The notes beneath the pieces were generated by a model. The model saw only the letters and a program-made list of their open reading frames with translations. It made no database searches and was not told the DNA's origin. DNA of 48,130 nt from Bacteroidota bacterium. GTDB taxonomy: Bacteria; Bacteroidota; Ignavibacteria; UBA10030; SZUA-254. Positions 8,767-17,694 of this stretch are shown in pieces (position 1 is the stretch's first letter; each line of letters begins with the position of its first letter). Location of the stretch: contig JAWOMQ010000052.1 in NCBI GenBank assembly GCA_033852415.1, positions 1 to 48,130 on the forward strand, in the 5' to 3' direction. The position numbers and the translations under genes are program-made.

Positions 8767-10431
8767 TTAATGCGTTATCTGAAACTCAGGCTCGATGTCT
8801 ACCGGGATGGCAGACAATTTGTCGAGGGATTTTCTCATCGCCGGTCGAACCACGCCGTACTTCTCAAGGAGCGATTTTGCTTTCTCATAGTCTCCATGTG
8901 CCTGGATTGTCATGATCTCACCGGTAAGTTTCTTGACGGCTGGTGCGATTTTTTCAAAGTCGACTGTGAACGTAGCATTTGTCGGATCCAACCGAAAGGC
9001 ACCTTCATCAAACAGATAGTTAAACTGAAGTGCGGTGCCTTTTCCGTGCGCTTCCTCAATTCCAAATCGAACCGATCGGAAAATGCTTGAAAGGTACGTT
9101 GCATATATCGACTTCTCCATGCCCTTGTCGATTACCCCGTTGTCGATCAGGAATTGGAGCGCGAATAAACCTGAGATGTCTGCTTTTGCCTCCTCAAGTG
9201 TGGAACTCAGTTCCTTCATCTCCTGACGGACGGTGGTTTGCTTGCCATTTACAGTGATCGTGTGCGGTCCTAATCCGTGCATCAGTTCGTGGGCAAGAAT
9301 GTGTGTGAAAAATGGTTCGAAGGCAACATATTGCTGAAGTCCCGGATCCAGCACGATCTTTGAGATTGGGATAAGGCATTGCGTGAATTTGGCTTCCTGA
9401 ACATTCTTCAGCATAACACGTTTGCTTCCCTTCTCACGCGTGACCCTCTCGTCGTTCGGGAGGTTGAACGCCGCGGTCTGAACACCGGCGCGCGCTTCGC
9501 CACCGATTGCGACCTCATTGACCACGCGAATGGGTGACAGTGCTCCCAATTTTGGATTACGATACTTGGGATCGATTGGCAGATTGTTCTCTATCTCCTG
9601 GAGATGATTTGAGAATGTTGCAAGCTTGGCGGTTTCCGCGTCGTCTCGCAGAGTAATGAAGGCCTCGAATGCGGCCTTATAGTTAAACAGGTCGTCCAGA
9701 TATACTTCATACGGTCCGATTGTTGGTTCGATCGGGCTATCTAGGTCCATCCAGGCCACGTCGCTCTCGTAATAGTCGTTCGACAGAAATGCATCTGCAC
9801 GCTTCATCAAAAAAGCTCTCAGCGATTGGTTATCGGTCAGATTTGCAGCATCATTCAGCAATTGTGCCGCGGGGCGCAAAAATTCCGCATAGACCTCGCT
9901 ATACGGGTGTAATGCCAGGGAGTGATCCGGGTTGCGCCCTACGATGTCGAAGAAACCGGTCGCTTTCTGCCTGTCGGACTCCGTCAATCGGTCAGCCCAT
10001 GTCGTGAACTCCTCCTTTGTCATGTCCTCAGGATAGTAATTCGCCCCTTTCGGCGGGTACTGGGGAGTCCCCGGGATAAACGACTCATCGCCATCGAGTT
10101 TGGACCATGGAGACATATTGATTAAGAAGTAATGAAGCTTCTCTTTTCCTTCCGTGGACGAATCAGATTGAAGTTTGTGGAGGAGTTCGATATTTCCGCT
10201 CCAGACCTGCCGCAGGTAGATTGAGTCCATAAATGCGGTAGCCTCGATGAGTTTTTCAAGCGCCTTTTGGTCTCCAGGTGTCAGTTTTGAAATGTCACCA
10301 GTGATGGGTGTCGGCGAGAATCGCTTGATTTTATCACTCAACGAGAGGTTCATTGTCGTGTTTTGTGAAACCGCGACCGTTACTCCGAGAAGGAGAACCA
10401 GCAAATGGCCGAAAATGTACATGCTTTTCAT
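8767..10431 (-). CDS. Secreted dipeptidyl-peptidase III (M49)-like zinc metallopeptidase with an atypical pentapeptide HEXXH motif
   Basis: The ORF carries HELMH (codons at 9277-9291) within ILAHELMHGLGPH, followed by a second motif EEAKADISGL. Overall length is about 555 aa. I place the start at Met27 (ATG 10431), which gives the signal peptide MKSMYIFGHLLVLLLGVTVAVSQ. The track start is 10509. Confidence 0.72.
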   Translation of the reverse strand: MKSMYIFGHLLVLLLGVTVAVSQNTTMNLSLSDKIKRFSPTPITGDISKLTPGDQKALEKLIEATAFMDSIYLRQVWSGNIELLHKLQSDSSTEGKEKLHYFLINMSPWSKLDGDESFIPGTPQYPPKGANYYPEDMTKEEFTTWADRLTESDRQKATGFFDIVGRNPDHSLALHPYSEVYAEFLRPAAQLLNDAANLTDNQSLRAFLMKRADAFLSNDYYESDVAWMDLDSPIEPTIGPYEVYLDDLFNYKAAFEAFITLRDDAETAKLATFSNHLQEIENNLPIDPKYRNPKLGALSPIRVVNEVAIGGEARAGVQTAAFNLPNDERVTREKGSKRVMLKNVQEAKFTQCLIPISKIVLDPGLQQYVAFEPFFTHILAHELMHGLGPHTITVNGKQTTVRQEMKELSSTLEEAKADISGLFALQFLIDNGVIDKGMEKSIYATYLSSIFRSVRFGIEEAHGKGTALQFNYLFDEGAFRLDPTNATFTVDFEKIAPAVKKLTGEIMTIQAHGDYEKAKSLLEKYGVVRPAMRKSLDKLSAIPVDIEPEFQITH

Positions 10432-10701
10432 ATCGATCCTTGAAAGTAAGGGGGCAAGTAGCGGAATAATATTGTATGCCAAGATAGGATAGTATGCAAA
10501 CAGAAGCAAACCAGGACGCTTCTAAGGGACTGATTGAGGAAATGCTCAATGCTCCTTAATACATATTAAATTTGCCGAGGGATGAGATATGGAGATTTCA
10601 TTCCTGCCCGGGAATCTGAATCCTCTCCTCACTGTCGCAGGTGGCAAACGAGACAATCCTCCTGCAGCTGATGAAAATCCGCTCATCGATTCAGGTTGCA
10701 G

Positions 10702-13437
10702 TCAGGACGATATACGCTCAAGATTGTGCCGAAGTTTCTCTATTGTTTCCCGGAACGATTGCAATTTCTCCCGTTCCTTGTCGACGATTTCTTTTGGAGC
10801 TTTTGCAGTGAAACTCTGATTCGCAAGCTTTCGCTCAGTGGTCTCGCAGAGGTTGGCGAGACGGGAGAGTTCCTTTTCGATCCGTTCCCTCTCCGCATCA
10901 AGATCGATGATACCTTCAAGCGGGATAAAGAGTTCTCCGCCTTGAATGACGAGACTGGCAGCGTGTTTGGGTTTTTGACCTCCTGTAAGATTGGAGATCT
11001 TCGTTACACGAGCGAGGCGAAGGAAATAATTCTGGTATTTTTTTACAATGTCGCCGTTTGCCCCTGTCGGGAAATGGAGTATGAGTTCGATTTCCCTTGA
11101 AGGGGGGACCATCAGTTCTCCGCGGGCGTTTCGCACGCTATTGATTGTGGACTGAACGAACGCCATTTCCTTCTCAACGGTCTCGTCGATCCACCGCGGG
11201 TCTGGCGTTGGGTATGCTGCGACCATTACCGACTCACGGGGTTTTCTTGTCTCGAGGTAATGCCAGAGCTCTTCAGTCACGAAGGGCATGAAGGGGTGGA
11301 GGAGACGGAGAATGCGGTCAAATATGGTGAGAGCGCGGGAAAGAACGGAACGTTTCACCTGGTCTGCGTCGTCCCCGTAAAGGCGCCCCTTGACCATCTC
11401 GACGTACCAGTCACAGAAATCATGCCATATAAAATCATAAAGAGTCTTGGCAGCCAGATTGATATCGAATGCCCCTAATGTTTCTTCCAGTGAAACGATG
11501 GTAGAATTCAACCGCGAGAGAATCCAACGGTCGGCAAGATCAAGATGTTGCTCATCGAGGTTCGAGGACATATTCACGTGCGACTCGATCCCGAGTTGAC
11601 TCCGATTCATGAGCAGGAAACGGCCCGCATTCCAGACCTTATTTGCAAAATTCCTCCCCATTTCACATTTGTCGTTGGAGTAAAGGACATCCTGGCCTAA
11701 CGGCGCCAGGTAAACGATTGTGAATCGAAGAGCATCCGCCCCGTATTCTGAAATGACATCGAGAGGGTCGGGCGAATTGCCCAATGATTTTGACATTTTT
11801 CTCCCCTTCAGATCCCTGATAATGCTCGTGAAATAGACGTCTCTGAATGGGACTAGTTCCGAGTCGCTTGCGCGCACTAAACCTTTGGAGGTAGGGATAT
11901 CTCCCATAACTTCCATTCCAGCCATGATCATGCGCGCAACCCAGAAGAAAATAATATCCGGTGCAGTGACGAGAGCATCCGTCGGATAGAAATATCGCAG
12001 GTCTGGATTATCCTTTGGCCAGCCAAGCGTAGAGAAGGGCCACAACCAGGAGGAGAACCAGGTATCGAGAACGTCCTCGTCCTGACTCAGATGCATTGAA
12101 CCACAATGCGGGCATTGGGTCGGCACGACCCGGGCGACAATAGGGTCCTTGCACCGCGGATTGTTGGTCAGACTCTTCACACAATACCAAACCGGAATCC
12201 TGTGACCCCACCACAACTGCCGTGATATGCACCAGTCCCTGATGTTGGACATCCAATGCTCGTATGTTTTCACCCAGCGGTCCGGATGAAATCTGACTGT
12301 CCCGTTTTGAACCACCCTCAGCGCAGGTCCGGCGAGCGGTTTCATTTTGACGAACCATTGATCCGAAAGATATGGTTCTATCATTGTATCGCAACGGTAA
12401 CAATGCCCGATGGCAGAGACGTGTTTTTCAATTTTTTCAATACCGTTTTGGTCCTGGAGATCTTTCAGGATAATCTTCCGTGCCTCGAACCTGTCAAGCC
12501 CACGGTATTTTTGCGGCACCGCATCGTTAAGTTTGGCCGAGACATCGAAAATGTTAATCTGCGGGAGGTTGTGTCGCTGTCCTACCCAGAAGTCGTTTGG
12601 ATCATGCGCCGGGGTGATCTTGACAATTCCCGTCCCGAATGCAGGATCGACAAACTGGTCTGCGATTATCGGAATTTCACGTTCGACAAGGGGAAGGATT
12701 ACCGTTTTCCCGAGCAGGTGCCTATGTCTCTCGTCATCCGGATGGATAGCCACTGCGACATCCCCGAGAATTGTTTCAGGGCGGGTGGTCGCAACACTGA
12801 TATATTGCTGGGAATTGGTGACCCGGTATCTCACATAGTATAATTGCCCCTCGTGATCGATGGAGTTGACCTCGTCATCACTGATTGCGGTGTGGTCCTT
12901 GGGACACCAATTCACGATATACTTGCCGCGGTAAATCAGACCTTTCTCGAAGAGTCGGACAAAAATTTCCTGCACTGCTCTGGAAAGGCCTTCATCCATA
13001 GTGAATCGTTCTCGTTCCCAATCACAACTTGTTCCAAGCTTTCGCAGCTGCTTTATGATTGTACCGCCATACTCCTTTTTCCATTCCCAGACGCGCTTCA
13101 GGAAATCCTCTCTCCCAAGGTCATGACGAGTCTTATGTTGTCTTGATAAGGATTTTTCGACTACGTTTTGTGTAGCGATTCCCGCATGGTCCGTCCCGGG
13201 CATCCATAGCGTCTCACGTCCTTTCATCCTGTTCCACCGGACAAACACATCCTGAATCGTGTTGTTGAGGACATGGCCCATCGTCAGGATCCCCGTGATG
13301 TTCGGCGGTGGAATTACGATCGCATAAGGAGTCTTGGCCGGATTTGGTTCTGCGTGGAACAGGCGGAGTTCTTCCCAGAAAGAGTACCATTTTTCCTCCG
13401 TATCAGCGGGGATATAAGCTTTTGGCAATTCAGTCAT
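10702..13437 (-). CDS. valS: Valine--tRNA ligase
   Basis: 911-aa ORF with the class I HIGH region PPPNITGILTMGHV, KMSKS as KMSKSLGN, and the C-terminal coiled coil typical of ValRS. Confidence 0.97.
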   Translation of the reverse strand: MTELPKAYIPADTEEKWYSFWEELRLFHAEPNPAKTPYAIVIPPPNITGILTMGHVLNNTIQDVFVRWNRMKGRETLWMPGTDHAGIATQNVVEKSLSRQHKTRHDLGREDFLKRVWEWKKEYGGTIIKQLRKLGTSCDWERERFTMDEGLSRAVQEIFVRLFEKGLIYRGKYIVNWCPKDHTAISDDEVNSIDHEGQLYYVRYRVTNSQQYISVATTRPETILGDVAVAIHPDDERHRHLLGKTVILPLVEREIPIIADQFVDPAFGTGIVKITPAHDPNDFWVGQRHNLPQINIFDVSAKLNDAVPQKYRGLDRFEARKIILKDLQDQNGIEKIEKHVSAIGHCYRCDTMIEPYLSDQWFVKMKPLAGPALRVVQNGTVRFHPDRWVKTYEHWMSNIRDWCISRQLWWGHRIPVWYCVKSLTNNPRCKDPIVARVVPTQCPHCGSMHLSQDEDVLDTWFSSWLWPFSTLGWPKDNPDLRYFYPTDALVTAPDIIFFWVARMIMAGMEVMGDIPTSKGLVRASDSELVPFRDVYFTSIIRDLKGRKMSKSLGNSPDPLDVISEYGADALRFTIVYLAPLGQDVLYSNDKCEMGRNFANKVWNAGRFLLMNRSQLGIESHVNMSSNLDEQHLDLADRWILSRLNSTIVSLEETLGAFDINLAAKTLYDFIWHDFCDWYVEMVKGRLYGDDADQVKRSVLSRALTIFDRILRLLHPFMPFVTEELWHYLETRKPRESVMVAAYPTPDPRWIDETVEKEMAFVQSTINSVRNARGELMVPPSREIELILHFPTGANGDIVKKYQNYFLRLARVTKISNLTGGQKPKHAASLVIQGGELFIPLEGIIDLDAERERIEKELSRLANLCETTERKLANQSFTAKAPKEIVDKEREKLQSFRETIEKLRHNLERISS

Positions 13438-13608
13438 GATCGGGGTATATCACGTTGCATAAGATTATGTTCGACACATCTTCTGATGGTCTATACGGCC
13501 AAGAGTCTGTCTTCCGAGATATGACGGGTGAACGATCAGACCTCGTTGGATATTATCGGGTCCGACCGGGGTTCGATGGAGTAGAGCGAAGGCGTTCGTG
13601 GAACGCAC

Positions 13609-15894
13609 TTATCGAACGGTGAATGTCCGTGAAACTTGTGATTCGTTCTTCATTCGATCTTTCATACTGATCGAAAGCTGATGTTTTCCCCGTTCGAGTC
13701 GATCGACGCCGTTGTAGAAAACAAGGCGATGTTCGCCGTCGATCTCGGGAATTACCAGACGGCCATCAATGTACGCCTTAATTTCGTCGGTATCAACACC
13801 GGAGAGATTGTCATGATACCGCCAGGAAAAGAAGACTAATCCCTTCCTCGTTGTAACCCGTAATCTCCCGATGCTCGGTCCCTGGTCATCGCTTAGCACA
13901 GCGAGTTCTCCGAGTGTACGGGTGAGGGTTGTAGAAATTGTCATTCCGCCGGAATCAGCTGAGTCGGTTTGAAATACCCAGCCTCCGTTTGATCGGAAGA
14001 ATAGACCCGCATGTTCTGAGTTCCCTTTTGGTTCGAACGGAATCGTGACACGGACTCCCCGGTTCAGCAATTGGTCCTCCGGCTCAAGGATGTACACTTC
14101 TGAGTTTCTGAACGATTCACTGCTGATTTGCATGAAAAGCGGTTTGTACACTGCAGCAGAGTCAAAAGCAACATGCACATTGCGGGCGGCATTACTAAAA
14201 CTGCCTGCCTGGGAAGGAGGTACCGCGTAAAGCTCGAATGAATCCGAGAACGAAGCAGGTTTTCCATTTATTTCCGCATCCACCTTAATTTTGTGCGTGC
14301 CGGCGTATGTTGGCGATGGAAGAATCGTTCCGACATATTTGTAGAGATCGACCGCCTGTAATTCCACCGGCCGATTGGCAGTTCCTTCTGATACCCTCAT
14401 TATCGGCGGTTCTGTGAAGACGCCCGTGGAGGTTAGCGTAAAGCGGACGTAATTCTCCAGTATCTCTGTCTTGCAGTAGACCGGCCGGGATGGTTCGGAT
14501 GGCTTGTTGTTGAATAGAAATAGAGGGGGAGTATGAGAACCCCATTTTGTCGTCGCGAGTACCTTCACGACGTCAAATCGTTTCACATCGAAAGGTATTC
14601 TGATCGTCGAATCTGATGTCGTATACCTCATGCCATCGAACAAACGTTCGTTCCAGACGCGGGAGGAATAGTTTTTACCGTCCACTTCATATTTATTGAC
14701 CAGGCCGAGATGACTTCCCCTCAGCACCAGATTGGAAGCGTCAGGAGCAATTGATGTTATCGTCGGAGAATGATTCACCGTGAAGCGGCCATTCAGCGAG
14801 GCCTTGTTTCCGCTGAAATCGCTGCAAACAATCAAATAATTGTGAGTGCCTTCGCCGAGTCTATCTGTGTTGATGATGCCGGTTCCCTCCGGCTTCCGGA
14901 AATAGAACGGTAAGGTGTTCCCTGAATCAATATAGAGTTTCTGGAATTTTCCCCATCCTTGAAGAATCATATGAAAATCGTAGTGCAAATCAATCTCTTT
15001 CGTCTCATCCGCGGGTACATGATCGAGCGACATGGAGTATGTGAGACTGTCGTCGATAAAAAATTGCAAAGAATGGATACCGGAATGGCTCCAGGTGCCT
15101 TCGGTGCGGTCGATTACTTCCACGCCAAATCCAATCTGACCGTGCAGGATAAAATTCTGCGGAACCTTCAGACCGTCATGTCCCCGGGGGAATCGGCTCA
15201 GGATTCTTGGCGTCGAATTATTGTCAATGGTCGATGAAAGCGTTAACGGCGTAACAAGGAGCCGCTTAATTTCCGGAGGGAGGCGGTCGTCTTGAGGATA
15301 ATGCGTGATGAGAAAGGGATTAACGGGATTGTAGTTCTCATCGCGCATTTCGAAATGGAGGTGGGGAGGCCCAAAGCCGGTATCACCCGTATAGGCCACG
15401 ACATCACCTTGATTCACGGGAAGTTTGCCTTCCGGAAAGGTGACGTCGATGGCATAGGTACCGCGCCTGTATTGTTCATTCCGCACCGCCTCTGTGATCG
15501 CATCATTGAATCCCTCCAGGTGTGCGTAGGTGCTGATGTAACCATCTTTATGACGGATGAACAACATCTTGCCGTATCCGTTTGGCGTTATCTTGATTCT
15601 GCAGACGTATCCATTCTGCACGGCGAACACCTTGTATCCCTTGACCCCCTTAGTACTGATATCTATACCGCCGTGAAAATGTGTCGATCGGTATTCTGCA
15701 AACGATGAAGTGATAGTATTGCTCGCATCGGTTGGCCAGATGTATGGAGAGAATGTTCGGGTGGCGGTGTCTTTCGGAAACGCGGATCCCCGGGACATCA
15801 ATGGAAGTGTCCGAGAATCCATTAAGTGCGAGACTATCAGAGCTCCCGCAATGGAAAAAAAGTACGCGAGTGATTTTCGGGCCGGAATCTTCAT
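13609..15894 (-). CDS. M23 family metallopeptidase with a long C-terminal extension
   Basis: 761-aa ORF with an N-terminal signal/TM segment. M23 motifs HFHGGIDIS and GDTGFGPPHLHFEMRD lie in the first 200 aa or so. About 570 further residues have no motif I recognise. Its start overlaps the upstream stop as ATGA (15891-15894). Confidence 0.85.
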   Translation of the reverse strand: MKIPARKSLAYFFSIAGALIVSHLMDSRTLPLMSRGSAFPKDTATRTFSPYIWPTDASNTITSSFAEYRSTHFHGGIDISTKGVKGYKVFAVQNGYVCRIKITPNGYGKMLFIRHKDGYISTYAHLEGFNDAITEAVRNEQYRRGTYAIDVTFPEGKLPVNQGDVVAYTGDTGFGPPHLHFEMRDENYNPVNPFLITHYPQDDRLPPEIKRLLVTPLTLSSTIDNNSTPRILSRFPRGHDGLKVPQNFILHGQIGFGVEVIDRTEGTWSHSGIHSLQFFIDDSLTYSMSLDHVPADETKEIDLHYDFHMILQGWGKFQKLYIDSGNTLPFYFRKPEGTGIINTDRLGEGTHNYLIVCSDFSGNKASLNGRFTVNHSPTITSIAPDASNLVLRGSHLGLVNKYEVDGKNYSSRVWNERLFDGMRYTTSDSTIRIPFDVKRFDVVKVLATTKWGSHTPPLFLFNNKPSEPSRPVYCKTEILENYVRFTLTSTGVFTEPPIMRVSEGTANRPVELQAVDLYKYVGTILPSPTYAGTHKIKVDAEINGKPASFSDSFELYAVPPSQAGSFSNAARNVHVAFDSAAVYKPLFMQISSESFRNSEVYILEPEDQLLNRGVRVTIPFEPKGNSEHAGLFFRSNGGWVFQTDSADSGGMTISTTLTRTLGELAVLSDDQGPSIGRLRVTTRKGLVFFSWRYHDNLSGVDTDEIKAYIDGRLVIPEIDGEHRLVFYNGVDRLERGKHQLSISMKDRMKNESQVSRTFTVR

Positions 15895-16547
15895 CGGACA
15901 GGGTTAGTAATTTTAGTATATCCCACCAATTCCGCTTCGATGATATCTCCGGCTTTTGCCTCCCCAACCCCCTCCGGAGTTCCGGTGAAAATAAGGTCAC
16001 CGCGTTCCAACGTGAAAATCGACGATAGATAGTGAATGATATAATCGATTTTGAGGATCATTTTGCCCGTGCTGCTGCGTTGTTTCTCCGAGCCATTAAC
16101 GCAGCATCGGATGGTGAGCGAATAAGGATCCTTGATATCCTCTGCGGGAATCAGTTCCGAGATGGGTGCTGACGTATCAAATCCTTTGCACACCGCCCAT
16201 GGCTGCCCCTCCTTCTTGGCACTATTCTGGAGATCCCGCAGTGTCATATCGAGTGCAACGCCATAACCTGCAATATGGTTATGTGCTTTATCTAACGAAA
16301 TATTTCTGCCTCCTTTTCCAATGGCTACATATAGCTCAACTTCATGGTGAAGGAGATTTGAGATGGAGGGCTTGAGGATTGGTTCATTGTCTTGAATCAC
16401 CGCCGTTGATGGTTTGAGAAATACGACAGGGGTTTCGGGGATGCCCGATGACATCTCTTTGGCGTGAGCCGCATAGTTGCGGCCCAGGCAAAAAATCTTG
16501 TTGATCCGCAATTGCTCTGATCTGTTTTTGATTCGAACTTCTGACAT
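15891..16547 (-). CDS. Fumarylacetoacetate hydrolase (FAH) family protein
   Basis: The pattern KIFCLGRNYAAHAKEM ... HHEVELYVAIG ... GDLIFTGTPEGVG is typical of FAH/YcgM-like enzymes. I place the start at Met32 (ATG 16547), because the track start at 16640 would overlap the divergent purM. Confidence 0.85.
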   Translation of the reverse strand: MSEVRIKNRSEQLRINKIFCLGRNYAAHAKEMSSGIPETPVVFLKPSTAVIQDNEPILKPSISNLLHHEVELYVAIGKGGRNISLDKAHNHIAGYGVALDMTLRDLQNSAKKEGQPWAVCKGFDTSAPISELIPAEDIKDPYSLTIRCCVNGSEKQRSSTGKMILKIDYIIHYLSSIFTLERGDLIFTGTPEGVGEAKAGDIIEAELVGYTKITNPVR

Positions 16548-16625
16548 ATCTTGTCCGAAAATATACCGATATCTCGCGATTTTCGCAAGGAAAATCAAGT
16601 TTTGCGTGAGTGAAATCAAGGTTAA

Positions 16626-17687
16626 ATGTCTTATATTCAAAATAATGACTATATTAACCCGAAATCAATGCAAAAAAGCTCTTTAGGCACAAAGACGTAT
16701 AAACTGGCCGGTGTCGATATCGAAGCCGGTAGTCATCTCGTCGAAAGCATCAAGAACGAAGTGCATTCAACATTCAGCCAGTCCGTGCTCAGTGATCTTG
16801 GCGGATTTGGTGGGTTGTTCGATGCTAAATTCCCCGATCTGGCCGATCCGGTCCTTGTGTCGAGTATCGACGGGGTCGGCACGAAGTTGAAGATTGCTTT
16901 TCTGATGGATCGTCATGATACCGTCGGGGAGGATTTGGTAAACCATTGCGTGAACGATATCGCTGTTCTGGGAGCACGTCCGCTGTTCTTTATGGATTAC
17001 TTCGCATCTGGTGCTCTTAAGTCGCGGATCGCTCAAACTGTCATCAAGGGAATGGCCAAGGGATGTCGTGAGAACATGTGTGCTTTGATCGGCGGTGAGA
17101 CCGCCGAAATGCCCGGCTTCTACCGCGACAACGAGTACGATATTGCCGGATCGATTGTCGGCGTCGTAGAAAAGAGGAAGATTCTTGATGGGAAACGGGT
17201 GAAAGCCGGTGATGTCCTGCTTGGCTTGCCTTCGACCGGGCTCCACACGAACGGATTTTCTCTCGCCAGGTCGGTCCTTTTTGAGCGATACGAAGTGGAC
17301 GATTTTATCGATGAACTCGGAGCAACACTGGGAGAGGTTCTTCTGACGGTACACCGTTCATACCTTGCTCCAATTCGTATGCTCCGCGAGTCAGCCGATG
17401 TCCACGGCTTTGCCCATATCACTGGTGGGGGGATTGTCGGCAATACGGTACGCATTCTGCCGCAGGGATTACAGCTCGACGTCCGCTGGCGTACATGGGG
17501 TCGGCCTCCAATATTTCAGCTTATTCAGAAGCTGGGGCGTGTACCGGAGAAGGACATGCGATCGACTTTCAATCTGGGTATAGGACTGGTTATTATCGTT
17601 TCAAAACGGGGAGCCGACAAGATAATCCGCCTCCTCGAAAAAAACGGAGAACTTCCGCTTGTCATTGGTTCAGTAGTCTCCGGATAA
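16626..17687 (+). CDS. purM: Phosphoribosylformylglycinamidine cyclo-ligase (AIR synthetase)
   Basis: Contains YKLAGVDIEAG, DGVGTKLK and GGETAEMPG motifs. An alternative start at Met15 (16668) would match the usual PurM N-terminal length. Confidence 0.95.
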   Translation: MSYIQNNDYINPKSMQKSSLGTKTYKLAGVDIEAGSHLVESIKNEVHSTFSQSVLSDLGGFGGLFDAKFPDLADPVLVSSIDGVGTKLKIAFLMDRHDTVGEDLVNHCVNDIAVLGARPLFFMDYFASGALKSRIAQTVIKGMAKGCRENMCALIGGETAEMPGFYRDNEYDIAGSIVGVVEKRKILDGKRVKAGDVLLGLPSTGLHTNGFSLARSVLFERYEVDDFIDELGATLGEVLLTVHRSYLAPIRMLRESADVHGFAHITGGGIVGNTVRILPQGLQLDVRWRTWGRPPIFQLIQKLGRVPEKDMRSTFNLGIGLVIIVSKRGADKIIRLLEKNGELPLVIGSVVSG

Positions 17688-17694
17688 ACTGCTG

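Noticed and set aside
13438-13608. T-box leader upstream of valS, and a terminator after the M23 gene
   Set aside because: The leader has no T-box sequence (AGGGTGGNACCGCG-like). The GCGTTC-CAC-GAACGC hairpin at 13592-13606 has only a 3-nt loop and no following T-tract on the minus strand.
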